Shown: positions 1-11,100 of the stretch, piece by piece
How positions within the stretch are numbered: position 1 is the stretch's first letter
How the letters are laid out: each line of letters opens with the position of its first letter
Assembly: GCA_038087875.1 (NCBI GenBank)
Contig: JAXLNO010000108.1
Coordinates: 62,001 to 105,779, forward strand
Length of the DNA: 43,779 nucleotides
From: Malacoraja senta
Lineage: Eukaryota
Reading direction: 5' to 3'
Program-made: the position numbers and the translations under genes
The notes under the pieces: model-generated
What the model was told of the DNA's origin: nothing
Databases searched by the model: none
What the model saw: the letters and a program-made list of their open reading frames with translations, nothing else

Positions 1-50
1 AAATCAACATTTTTCCACGAATGGTAGCTCTACTCAAAAACAAAAAATCA
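1..50 (+). mobile_element. Short Rex1/Babar-like LINE 3' fragment
   Basis: Resembles the reverse complement of about 30762-30810 (F.PR.VALL....K), the end of the LINE ORF described at 30537-30955. Confidence 0.45.
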
Positions 51-444
51 CTCGTGAGCCTAACCACCTCCATTACTCCGGTTCTGGAGGTGGGGAGGGC
101 GTCATGTGGTGGGCTGAACCATTTTGATATCGAACCGTCGTGGTTCGGGCTCGAGCTCTTGCGTGGACCGGGCGTGATCTGCGTAGAACAACCACGTGGT
201 CACGAGACGGGCCGTCGTGATCTGGGCCAACTAATTACTGGGCCATCGAGGGGTTGGTGTGCAAAGGATTTGGTGGTTGAAGTTCGTGAGAGACGGGGCT
301 ACATTGTATAATTATTAAACGGAGTGTTTACACAAGCGTGGACCTACACAACTAACTCTATCGAAGAAGAAAGCGATAGTACTTAAAACTCAACTGCAAT
401 TCCAAACTCGCTTTCCACTTTCACCGCTAACGAATCATAACATA

Positions 445-1792
445 TCTTCATAACAAGAGGAGTATAGGAGCAAAGAGGGCCTTCGGCAATTGTATAGGGA
501 CCTAGTGAGCCCACAACTGGCGTATTGTGTGCCATTTTGGTCCCCTAATTTGTGGATGGATATTCTTGCTATTGAGGGAGTGCATTGTAGGTTCACGAGG
601 TGAATTCCCGCGATGGCGGGACTGTCATTTGCTGAGAGAATAGAGCAGTTGGGCTTGTGTGCTCTGGAATTTAGAAGGATGAGAGAGGATCTCCATAACC
701 ATATAACCATATAACAATTACAGCACGAAAACAGGCCATCTCGGCCGCTCTAGTCCGTGCCGAACACTTACTCTCACTTAGTCCCATCTACCTGCACTCA
801 GACCATAACCCTCCATTCACTTTCCGTCCATATACCTATCCAATTTATTTTAAAATGATAAAATCGAACCTGCCTCCACCACTTCCACTGGAAGCTAATT
901 CCACACAGCTACCACTCTCTGTATAAATAAGTTCCCTCTCATGTAACCCCTAAATTTCTGTCCCTTAGTTCTCAAATCATGTCCTCTTGTTTGAATCTTC
1001 CCTACTTTCAATGGAAAAAGCTTATCCACGTCAACTCTATCTGTTCCTCTCATCATTTTAAAGACCTCTATCAAGTTCCCCCTTAACCTTCTGCGCTCCA
1101 AAGAAGAAAGACCTAACTTGTTCAACCTTTCTCTGTAACTTAGGTGCTGAAACCCAGGCATCATTCTAGTAAATCACCTCTGTACTCGCTCTATTTTGTT
1201 GACATCTTTCCTGTAATTTGGCGACCAAAATTGTACACCATACCCCAGAATTGGCCTCACCAATGCTTTGTAAAATTTTAACATTACATCCCTACTTCTA
1301 CACTCAATGCTCTGATTTATAAAGGCCAGAACACCAAAAGCTTTCTTTACCACCCTATCTACATGAGATTTCACCTTCAGGGAACTATGCACAGCTAAAA
1401 TCTCATTGAAGCATATATTAGATTATTAAGGGTTTGGACACGCTAGAGGCAGTAAACAAGTTGCGATGTTGGGGGAGTCCAGCACCAGGGGCCACAGTTT
1501 AAGAATATGGGATGGCATTTAGAACGGATATGATGAAACACTTTTTCACCCAGAGTGTTGTGAGTGTGGAATTCTCTGCCTCAGAGGGAGGTGGAGGTCG
1601 GTTCTCTGGATACTTCCAAGAGAGAGCTAGACAGGGCTCTTAAAGCTAGCGGAGTCAGGGGATATGGGGAGAAGGCAGAAACGGGGTATTGATTGGGGAT
1701 GATCAGCCATGATGACATTGAATGGCGGTGCTGGCTCGAAGGGCCGAATGCCCTACTCTTGTATCTATTGTCTATTGTCTATGGTCTATTGA
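445..1792 (+). mobile_element. Old CR1-clade LINE 3' part, split by a nested insertion
   Basis: The + strand reads EYRSKE..QLYR.LV.P.L.YCV.FWSP..EFRRMREDL and resumes with LIEAY at about 1402. It ends in a CR1-type 3' UTR and a (CTATTGT)n tail at about 1765-1782. Confidence 0.85.
694..1399 (-). mobile_element. 5'-truncated CR1-clade LINE nested in the older CR1
   Basis: ORFs 1174-1392 and 895-1164 are the CR1 ORF2 C-terminus (VQFWSP, LERRRLRG, TRGH, WN). There is a (CCATATAA)n tail at about 694-714, and direct repeats ATCTC at 689-693 and 1400-1404 form the TSD. Confidence 0.9.
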
Positions 1793-2049
1793 ATTGTGGT
1801 TTGCAATTTCGCTTCAATTCCGGAGGTCCAACATACGCACGGCGTCAGGAAGTGGAGCCACGGCCCCTGATGGCACCTGCTGGAAAACAAGAATCCAAGT
1901 TGTTGAGGTACCGGTTGAGTTGATTGGTTTTGTTATTCCAATTATGTCCACTAGAGGGCTCGCTGTCCCACATTCGTCCATTGCCTCTAAATCTGGTTAA
2001 TGTGAGACATGAACAGCTCACCGTGTGACTGGCCGATTGTCAGGATCTA

Positions 2050-2730
2050 TTCTCTCTCCTTCGCTTCGCTCTCCCTCCCTTCACTCTCTCCCCCTTCTCT
2101 CCCCCTTCTCTCCCCCCCCTCTACCATTCTCTCTCTCCCCTTCTCTCCCCTTCTCTCTCTTCTCCGTCTCCACCCGTGGGAGCGTCCCATAGTCACTGAC
2201 CCGGAAGCACCGCCATCGGACCCCAACCTCCACACCAGGTTGATTCCCTCCCTCCCTCCGATAGCGGTCAGTGACTGTGGGACGGTCCCGCGGGTGGAGA
2301 GAGAGAGGGGGAGAGAAGTGGAGAGAGAGAAGGGAGAGGGGGGAGTGTAAAAGGGGGAGAGAGTGGACAAGAGAGAGAAGAAGAGAGAGAAGAGTGGAGA
2401 GAGAGGAGGAGAGAGAGAAGAGTGAAGAGAAGGGAGAGAGGGAAGGGAGAGAGAAAAGGGAGAGAGGTGATAGAGAGGGAGAGAGAGAATGGAGGGAGAG
2501 TGAAGGGGGAGAGAGGGGGAGAGGAGGGGAAGAGAGAGGTGAAGAGAGAGAAGAGTGGAGATAGAGGAGGAGAAAGAGAAGAGGGGAGAAAAAAAGGAGA
2601 GAGAGAAGGGAGAGAGAGAAGGCTGAGAGAGGGGGGGGAGAGTGGGGTAGAGAGAAGAGGGGAGAGAAGGGAGAGAGAGAAGCGAGAGAGAGAAGGGGGG
2701 AGAGAGAGAAGAGGGGAGAGAGAAGGGGGC
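2050..2730. repeat. CT-rich and GA-rich low-complexity tracts flanking a 35-bp inverted repeat
   Basis: Pyrimidine tract about 2050-2165, purine tract about 2296-2730. Arms 2167-2201 and 2266-2300 are reverse complements with 3 mismatches. Confidence 0.85.
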
Positions 2731-2944
2731 GACGGGAGCGTGGGGTTCATTTTCCCACACAAGCCATAGGTGACTGGGCAATCTGAACCCAAGCACCATA
2801 TTGAAAGCGGCCGAAGCTGTGCATCGCTCGGGATAGCCCCCATTCTCCCACGTCCACCCTCCGCGGGCTGCAGTTCGAGTGGAACGTAGGTTAGGGACAA
2901 TGTTCATGCCTACACAGTGATGTGATGGACGCGGGGGTCTGGAC

Positions 2945-3246
2945 CAATCGCTGACAGGTCGGTCCTTTGGCCTGTAGGCGACGCCGTCTTTCGGAAAAGG
3001 GGCATTTCGAGAGAGCGGCCATTCGGGAAGGTTGCTTTCAGGCGACGCAACCTTTCGGTTCCTTGGGATTTAGGCGTCCCGCCCTTTCGGTTAGTTTGCA
3101 TTCAGGTGTCCCATCCTTTCGGTTAGTAGGCGTTTCTGCATCGGACTCTTTCGGTTTATCGGCGTTTCGCAATCGTTTCCATTCGGTTCTTTGGCTTCGA
3201 CATCTTTGCTTCGGCTTCTTGTCTGTCGGCGCCACGTCCGGGTACC
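2945..3246. repeat. Degenerate short-period TTTCGG/TTCGG repeat array, possibly the subterminal region of a non-autonomous DNA transposon
   Basis: Recurring (C/T)TTTCGG-like motif. It ends at CCGGGTACC, where homology to duplication copy 2 begins. Confidence 0.5.
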
Positions 3247-3299
3247 GTTTGAAATACCGTTACTTGGTTTGGATTGCAATGCTTCCCGGGGGCTGGAAA

Positions 3300-4620
3300 G
3301 GCAGTGTGGGACAGGTTACGCAAATCACCAGGTCCCGAGACGGAATGTCCATTACACAGGGTCTCGGGTGCAGGAGAGGTGGTGTGGATTACCTCTGGTC
3401 CAGGACCTGGGGTGCTGATTAAACAAGGAGCCGGATCCAGGGACGGGATTGTGAATTACACAGGGTCCCTGGTGCTGGGGCGCGTGTGTGTATTACACAG
3501 GGTCCAGGGTGCTGGAATGGTGGTGTGGATTACACATGGCCCTGGACCTGGGGTGTAGGTTTGACACCTAACCATGTCCAGAGACAGGAGTGTGGATTAC
3601 AAAGGTCCCGGGTAGTAGAACGTGGTGTGGATTACACATGGTCCTCGATCTGAGATGCTGATTACGCAAGGACCCGATTAAACAGTGTCCTGGGTCTCGG
3701 GACGGTGGTTTGGATTGCACATAGTTCCAGGCCAGTCTGTGATGTTTGCACCGTGTCCTAGGACGAGGTTTGTTCAGTACCCATGTCCCTGCACTGCCCA
3801 GCGTCCTGGAATTTGGGGTGGGATAATAACAGTCGGGAGTCGCCTTCCAGAGGGAAGTGATTCAAAGAGTTTGTGGGCAGGGTGAGAGGGGTCAGAGATG
3901 ATCTTGCTCGCTCGCTTCCTGGTCCTTGCAGTGTACAGTTCGTCAATGGAGGGAAGGTTACAAATGGTTATGGAGCACACAGTGTTATGGGTCATGGGAT
4001 GGGGTCGTAGATTACACAGATTTATGTGGTGACGTGTGTGGATTGAAAGAAAACATCCTGAACTAAACAGTGTCCGCGTCCTGGCGCAGGAGTGTGGATT
4101 ACACTGGGTCCAAGCCGTGGAGTGGCAGTGTATATTACACCGGGTCAGGGTTCTGTATCCTGGGATTACAGATGGTGTCACTGATTGCACATGATTCTCA
4201 ATCGCGGGACGGGTTTTTAGGCTACACGTTGCCCTGGGCTCTGGTGTGTCAATGAAAGTTTCAGGTCCAGAGATGTCGATAAAACAGAGCCTTGGGACGA
4301 CAAGGTGTGGACCAGAATGAGACCCGGGCCGAAGATTTGTGGATTACAGAGGGTTTGTGTCGCGGGTCGGCGGGTGTCGATCACACAGGATCCTTAGACG
4401 CGGATGGGTGTGGATAACACGGTATCCTGGGCGGGGGATGTGGATTACACAGTGTCGCGGGCGGGGGATGTTGATTACACAGTGTCGTGGGCGGGCGGGG
4501 GATGTGGATCACACAGTGTCGTGGGCGTGCGAGGGATGTGGATTACACAGTGTCGTGGGCGGCCGGGGGATGTGGATTACACAGTGTCCTGGGCGGGCGG
4601 AGGATGTGGAATACACCACC
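3300..4620. repeat. GTGGATTACAC minisatellite (about 30-34 bp unit)
   Basis: Repeated GTGGATTACAC(A)G core. It is most regular at 4410-4615 (GGGGATGTGGATTACACAGTGTCGTGGGCGGGC). Confidence 0.9.
3828..3965 (-). mobile_element. Rex1/Babar-like LINE ORF C-terminal fragment
   Basis: Reads LPSIDELYTARTRKRASKIISDPSHPAHKLFESLPSGRRL. Its 3' tail is deleted relative to copy 2. Confidence 0.75.
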
Positions 4621-5270
4621 CCTCCCCCTTCCCAGGGTCTAAAGAAGTGGGTCTAAACGAAGCCGGAAGTAGCGCCTCAAACGCCCCTGCGAGATTCTTC
4701 CGCCGAAGCATTGGTACATTTGGTTCACTCCTGCCCCGTGAAGCCGAGATGCCTTGCCCCAAGCTCCCTTATAAGAATGCATCCTATTGTTCACTGCCTG
4801 CTCTAATATCAATGTAAAGAGTCAGATGTCCGTCCAAGCACTTTTAACACTCGTTTCACACTTTAATCTTTATTGTTAAACAACACCTTAGATTTCCGTG
4901 ATTGGGAAGCGATGCGAGTGAAGGGAAAATACTTGATTGGAGGTAAATAGGAACTGCTCCATCCTGCCCGCCTGTCGACACGGTCTTTGTCGTTCTGTGC
5001 AGTTATCAGCTATTCTTCTTGACAGTTCCCCTTGGCTATCATCTGTCCAATATTCCAAAATTTCCACCCTCAATATATCAAATGCTATGGCCTCCCCCAT
5101 GCATAGTGATATCTCAAACTAAAATTACCTCCGGATCGCATTCATCTCCATCTGTGCTGTCTCGGGTAAGCAGCCACCAGAATAAAGGACAATTTTCATT
5201 TCACCAGTTCTCAAGTTCATAAGTTATAGGAGTAGAATTAGGCCATTCGGCCACACGTGTCTATTCCGCC

Positions 5271-5619
5271 ATTCATGCTTTATCCATCTGAAAACTGTTG
5301 CAACCATTTTAACAGCCAACACAAACAAATTTGCAAACTCTTTGCAACTAAAACATTTCCTGTAAATATTTTACTTTTTATTTTAAACTTAAACATAAAC
5401 ATTTACATTAACATTTACATTTGACAAATACTTTACAAGCAAAACATTTCCTGTAAAAAAATGTTTTAACAGCCAACAGAAACACATTTGCAAACTCTTT
5501 ACAACCAAAACATTTCCTATAAACATTTTTTTTAACAGCCAGCCAACAGAAATAAATTTGCAAACTATTTACAACCAAAACGTTTCCAGTAAACATTTTT
5601 TTTAAACAGCCAACAGAAA
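5271..5619. repeat. AT-rich tandem repeat (about 60 bp unit) that was the ERV integration target; continues at 17410-17520
   Basis: Unit TTTTAACAGCCAACAGAAACAAATTTGCAAACTCTTTACAACCAAAACATTTCCTGTAAA. Removing the provirus and one TSD restores a unit. A related copy is at about 17911-17993. Confidence 0.85.
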
Positions 5620-6058
5620 TGTTAGAAATATTTTCCCCAACAAACGACAGCCACAGCAATTAGGATGCAACTGAATGTTTTATTGAGAGAAAGGTCTCAC
5701 AGAATACAGAGGTCTGCGGGAGTTTCTCTGCGCAAGCAATTCCCCAAGCCTTCCTTTATACAGTGGAGTAAACAAGGAGGTCTTGACTACAATCCTATCT
5801 ATCACGAGGTCAAGCAAAGTAAAATCCACAGTCAGCATATAATATCGGACAAGGTCGTACAAAGTGCAAACCACAATCAACACGTAATATCGGACTTCTG
5901 AAATTTGAGCAAAAGCAGTCAGCTCTGTCTAACTAAATAGCTATTTTTCGCAAGACCCGGGGTCTGCGGTTAATAGCGATGACCAATGTCTACAAGTAAG
6001 CATTCTGCTTGCCTAAGCATTTTCTTAAGGTTACAGTCCCTGATAGCTAGAGGAAACA
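5620..6058 (-). repeat. 3' LTR of ERV copy 1 (439 bp)
   Basis: Direct repeat of 16958-17409, with a 12-bp deletion just inside the U3 TG end and a 1-bp deletion internally. Preceded on the minus strand by the purine tract AGGAGGAAAA (6059-6068). Confidence 0.95.
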
Positions 6059-6199
6059 TTTTCCTCCTGTTTATACAATTTTCCAACAATTTATTTAAAA
6101 TGTTCCAAAAATTCCCCCATCCCGAACGCCTCCCCGGTTCCCTCACAACATTGCACTTTCTCTTGACTTTATGCAATCTGTTCATCCGCGGGGTTTCGT

Positions 6200-8055
6200 T
6201 CAGGCCACGAAGGTATTCATAAAGTCAATGTCCGCTTCTTCTTCCTCAATTCCCTTCTGAGGAATCAATTCGTATACCATCTGCATTTTCTTTGTCTGGG
6301 CCGTTTCTATTCGTTTTTGAGCTAACCCTCGAATACAGGGAATTATACAGCATCCCAATCCGGCCAATACTCCTGTAATCACTATGAAGGATGTTGGTGC
6401 AGAAATGACAATATTTTTCCATTTCCCGAACCAGCTTTCAAGGAACCCTGTCCATGAAGTATCAACGCGGAATTTTCGGCCAGCTCCTCCGCCAGTGATG
6501 TTATCCCAGCCAAGGCCCTGGAGACTGAGTCGTCCGGGGCAGTGTTATTTGGAATGAAGGTGCAGCATGATGGGCCAAACATGACACACACGCCTCCCTT
6601 ATTTGCTAATGACATGTCTAAGGCCATCCGATTTTGCCAGGCCATTAAGCTAGTTCGATCCAATTGTTTTATGGCATCTCTTGTATAAATAATGAACTGC
6701 TGCTGATTGTAGTACAGATAGTTGATCCAGTCTACATTCTTATTAGTGGTTGACCAGCAATAAAAGACTGACTCGAATCCGGCGGCTATCTGATTCCGAG
6801 CCTTGAACTCATCTGGGACCCCCCTAGGGACCCCGATCTCGTCAATGTAGATGTGTGCATCGAATGATCCTTTAATTAATTCCCGCATTATTCTGTTCCC
6901 TGATCCAATCTCTCCCAGGTTCTCTATTCCTTCGCCCCTCCTTAGGATCACTAGGGTGAAGGGGATTTGCCAGCTGGGTCATTGCACACGTCCCCTTCCA
7001 GTTCTGTGGTAGCTTTGTCCTTAATATTCCAGCTCCACAGTACCACCATACATCTGCCCTCCCAACTTTCTGTTGTGTCAGAAGGTTGACGTCTAACCCC
7101 AGCAGGGTCTGGGACCCGTAGCTGGTTTGGCTCCGGAAATTTTTACTGCAGCTGCGCAGTTCCGCAAGTGGCCCAAGAACTTCCCTTCCTCACTCCACCT
7201 GCAGAAGGAATTAAATCCTCCCCCCGTTGGGATGGTGAATGGTGGTGGGACCATGTCTTTCACTACTGCCGGGAACAGATAATGTAGTTCTGAGCAGCTT
7301 TTATTCTTTGGTGCTTCCTTCCCCGTGAACAGGGATAGCATGCATGTGACCCCTTCTGGCGAGTTACTGAAATTCAGGGGAAATGAGGAGGAGATAAGTT
7401 TTGGCTTGGCTGAAGCACAGGCGTAACAATCTGTTCGCCCCAAAGTCTTAGCCGTATATCGCATCCACTCCAGCCAAGCATTCTCATCTTCATACCCAGT
7501 CTCTATTTCCAGGGATTTTTTCAGGTCTTTTACTGGAATTATTTTGATCGCCTGCTCTTCTGATTTTACTATCGCCGAAGCAGGGTCCGGCTCTTTGGTG
7601 GCTTTAGGTTCGATCCGATCTTCCACCTCTATTCTGAACTGACAACACGTATCTTGGGCCAGCGCCATATCAACGCATAGGTAATAACTCCCCCGATCGT
7701 GTTTACTTATTTGTTTCATTGTTATGAATGTTTGCCACCCGGGGCGGTGGTGTGGGGAAGGGGTATTGATCAGGGACCACCTTTTCCCTTGTTCTGCATT
7801 CCTATCCTTATAACCACCGTATTCTGAGTTTTGGAACACATAGGCCCATCCTGTGCAGGTGGTTCGGCAGACGTATGTCCCATCTGTGGCTGCTCCCCGG
7901 TCTGCACACTTTCTCCCATTGTCTTGACAAGGGTCAACTCGGAATGTGCTGGTCTCCCTCTCCTTCAGCCAGATGACATATTCCCCTAGACCTCCGTATA
8001 TCAGGCAGTTGACTATCAGTAATGACACAATTATAGCTGCCATTCGTGGGTGCAA
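6200..8055 (-). pseudogene. env: Retroviral env, frameshifted
   Basis: Signal peptide MAAIIVSLLIVNCL, SU CxxC motif (CYAC), and RADVWWYCG in a shifted frame near 7040-7070. TM has an ISD-like QNRMALD, CX6CC (CVMFGPSCC) and an anchor segment GCCIIPCIRGL. Split over three or more frames. Confidence 0.93.
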
Positions 8056-8126
8056 CCTGGACGGAAGATTTCCCTGGGATCAATCGTTATTGGGCCTATT
8101 ACAAGCCGTCAGCCGTCGATGAGTCC

Positions 8127-11100
8127 CTACTCCTCCTCCCCTTTTTCCAAGATGGCTTTTGCCATTTTACAGTGCATTACATGTACCCACGTTGGTCTTT
8201 CGGCAATCCTTACTGCAGTGGGAGTGGCGAGTAACACTTGGTATGGCCTGTTCCACCGAGGGCTCGACCATTTTTTTCTCTTGATGATCTTGACGAATGC
8301 CCAGTCTCATGGTTACAACTTTTTCAAGAGGTCCGCCTCAGTTGGTTCAGTGCTTGTTATTCCCTTTAACATACGAGATTTGGTTATTAACATACTTTTC
8401 ATGTAACTCGCCAACGTCTCGTCCTCAGCTACAGTTTCAGAGAACCTCTGTAGGATGGGATACTGAAAGGGTTTTCCATACCGTATTTCATATGGGGATA
8501 TTCCCCTTACGCTTGGCAACATTCTCATATTTAGCATTACCAGTGGAAGGCAATCTAGCCATGTGAATCCTGTCTCAGCCATTGTCTTCCTTAATTTGCT
8601 TTATATAGTCCCATTGGTCCTTTCCACCAGCTCTGCTGATTGGGGATGGTAGGAACAATGGTGCTTTATTTTTATGTTTAGGGTTTTTGTTAAGTTTTTT
8701 ATTATTTCATTCACAAAATGGCTACCATTATCACTATAGATCCTTTCTGGGATCCCAAACCTTGTTATGATGTTCCGAAGGAGAGCCTTTGCCACTGTCA
8801 CCGCGTCCGCATTGGCAGAGGGAAAAACTTCAACCCATCGGGAAAATACATCAATAATCACTTTAAAGTATTTCTTTCCTTGCAAGGGGCTCAATTCAAT
8901 AAAGTCCATATTTAAAAATTGAAATGGGTATTTTGGTTGTGGACCTTTTCCTGTTTTTTGTTTTACTCCCCCCTGTGGATTGTACGTGGCACATATCTCA
9001 CACGTCTCACAATATCTTTTGGCATAACTGGTGAATCCATATGTCTTGAATACTTTCTCGATTATCTGTATCATTCCTCCTGTTGAGACATGGGTTACCC
9101 CATGACTCATTATACACGCATACCGAAATAGAGATTTTGGGAGTATTAGGCGACCGTCTTTGTCCCTCCACATTCCGTCGTCCAGTTTTCCACGTTCTGT
9201 TTTCCACTTATGCTTTTCTGTTGGTGGCGCCGCATTTTGCATGCTTGAAAGGACTTCATGGTCCACCTGTATCTCTAGTCCTATCACCTCTTCCTCTCTC
9301 ACTCCTACTTGGGCTGCTTCCTTCGCCGCTGTGTCTGCTCTGCGGTTTCCATTACTAATTGGGTCTTTTCCTTTCGTCTGGGCCGCACACTTGCAGATGG
9401 CTATGGCTTTTGGTAGCAGGGCTGCGTCCAGCAGGTCAAGAATGAGGTCTTTATGCAGGATCGGTTTACCCGTGGAGGTGACCATCCCTCCATTTCTCCA
9501 TTGAGCGTCGAAAATGTGTATTGTCGAGAAGGCGTATGCACTGTCGGTATAGATATTTATTCTTTTTCCTATCCCCATTTTGCACGCTTCATTGAGGGCC
9601 ACTAATTCGGCGGCCTGAGCCGAGTAGTGGTCTGGTAACGGTTGTGCCTTCAATGTCTTGGTGTCGGTGACTAATGCGTAACCGGACTGGTTAATTCCCG
9701 TCTCATTCTTCTTGCAGGATCCATCAACATACAGTGTTAAGTCCGGGTTCCCCAGTGCCGCGTCCTTCAGATTTGGTCTTGGCATCACTAATTTATCCGT
9801 CTCCTCCAGGCAGTTACGTGGTTCCCCGTCTTCCTCAGTTGGCATCAGCGTGGCTGGATTCAGAGTCGTACATCGCTCGATCGTCAGGTTAGGTTGTGAC
9901 AGCAGGATGGCCATGCAGGACAGATGCCGTGCTGGCGACAAGTATGATATCTTTTGTTGTAACAATAGAATCGACACAGCGTGTGGTACTCTTAACACCA
10001 TTGGTCGATTCAAAACGATTGTGGCAGAGGCTTGTACCGCCAGCGCTGCTGCTATTACTGCTTGGAGGCACGTTGGTAGAGCCCGAGCAACTTGGTCCAA
10101 TTTGGTCGAGTAATATGCTATTGGTCTCAGCTTTCCTCCATGCTCATGCAGGTGGACGGATGTCATGTATCCATTTTTACTGTCCACAGTTTGGATGAAC
10201 GTTTTCTCAGAGTTTGGCAGGGCTAGTACTGTGGATGATACTTGTGCTCCCTTTACTTGTTCAAAAGCTTGCTCCCCTTCCCTTGTCCATGTTATCCTTT
10301 CCCTCGCCGCCATAGGTTGGTGATAGATAGGTTCTAGCAGTGGTCCAGTCATTTTAGCATAACTCGCGATCCCCTGCCGACAATAGTTAGCCATACATAA
10401 ATACATAGATACATAGAAAATACGTGCAGGAGTAGGCCATTCGGCCCTTCGAGCCTGCACCGCCATTCAATATGATCATGGCTGATCATGCAACTCAGTA
10501 TCCCGTACCTGCATTCTCTCCATACCCCCTGATCCCCTTAGCCACAAGGGCCATCATCTAACTCCCTCTTAAATATAGCCAATGAACTGGCCTCAACTAC
10601 ATTCTGTGGCAGAGAGTTCCAGAGATTCACCACTCTCTGTGTGAAAACGTTTTTCCTCATCTCGGTCTTAAAGGATTTCCCCCTTATCCTTAAGCTGTGC
10701 CCCATTGTCCTGGACTTCCCCAACATCGGGAACAATCTTCCTGCATCTAGCCTGTCCAACCCTATAAGAATTCTGTACGTTTCTATAAGTTCCCCTCTCA
10801 ATCTCCTAAATTCAAGCGAGTATAAGCCAAGTCTATCCAGTCTTTCTTCATATGAAAGTCCTGACATCCCAGGAATCAGTCTGGTGAACCTTCTCTGCAC
10901 TCCCTCTATGGCTATAATGTCCTTCCTCAGATTTGGAGACCAAAACTGTACGCAATACTCCAGGTGTGGTCTCACCAAGACCCTGTACAACTGCAGTAGA
11001 ACCTCCCTGCTCCTATACTCAAATCCTTTTGCTATGAAGGTCAACATACCATTCGCTTTCTTCACTGCCTGCTGCACCTGCATGCCTACTTTCAATGACT

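Noticed and set aside
2009..2907. Long Ser/Leu/Pro-rich and Arg/Glu-rich ORFs
   Set aside because: They are translations of CT/GA low-complexity tracts that lack stop codons.
4330..4660. Regular repeats as a CRISPR-like array or repeat protein
   Set aside because: The context is eukaryotic, there are no unique spacers or cas genes, and it behaves as a simple minisatellite.
4630..5215. Short ORFs conserved in both copies, plus a CCGGAAGT ETS-like motif
   Set aside because: The conservation is explained by the recent duplication, the frames differ by indels between copies, and no domain is recognisable.
6073..6199. Accessory gene between env and the 3' LTR, as in walleye epsilonretroviruses
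   Set aside because: Only about 130 nt are available, and the overlapping ORFs run into the LTR with no recognisable motif.
8601..10466. 621-aa ORF as a possible domesticated RNase H-integrase gene
   Set aside because: Its N-terminus is CR1 3' UTR/tail sequence. It ends at a premature stop inside IN shared with copy 2, and copy 2 is broken here, which fits neutral decay.
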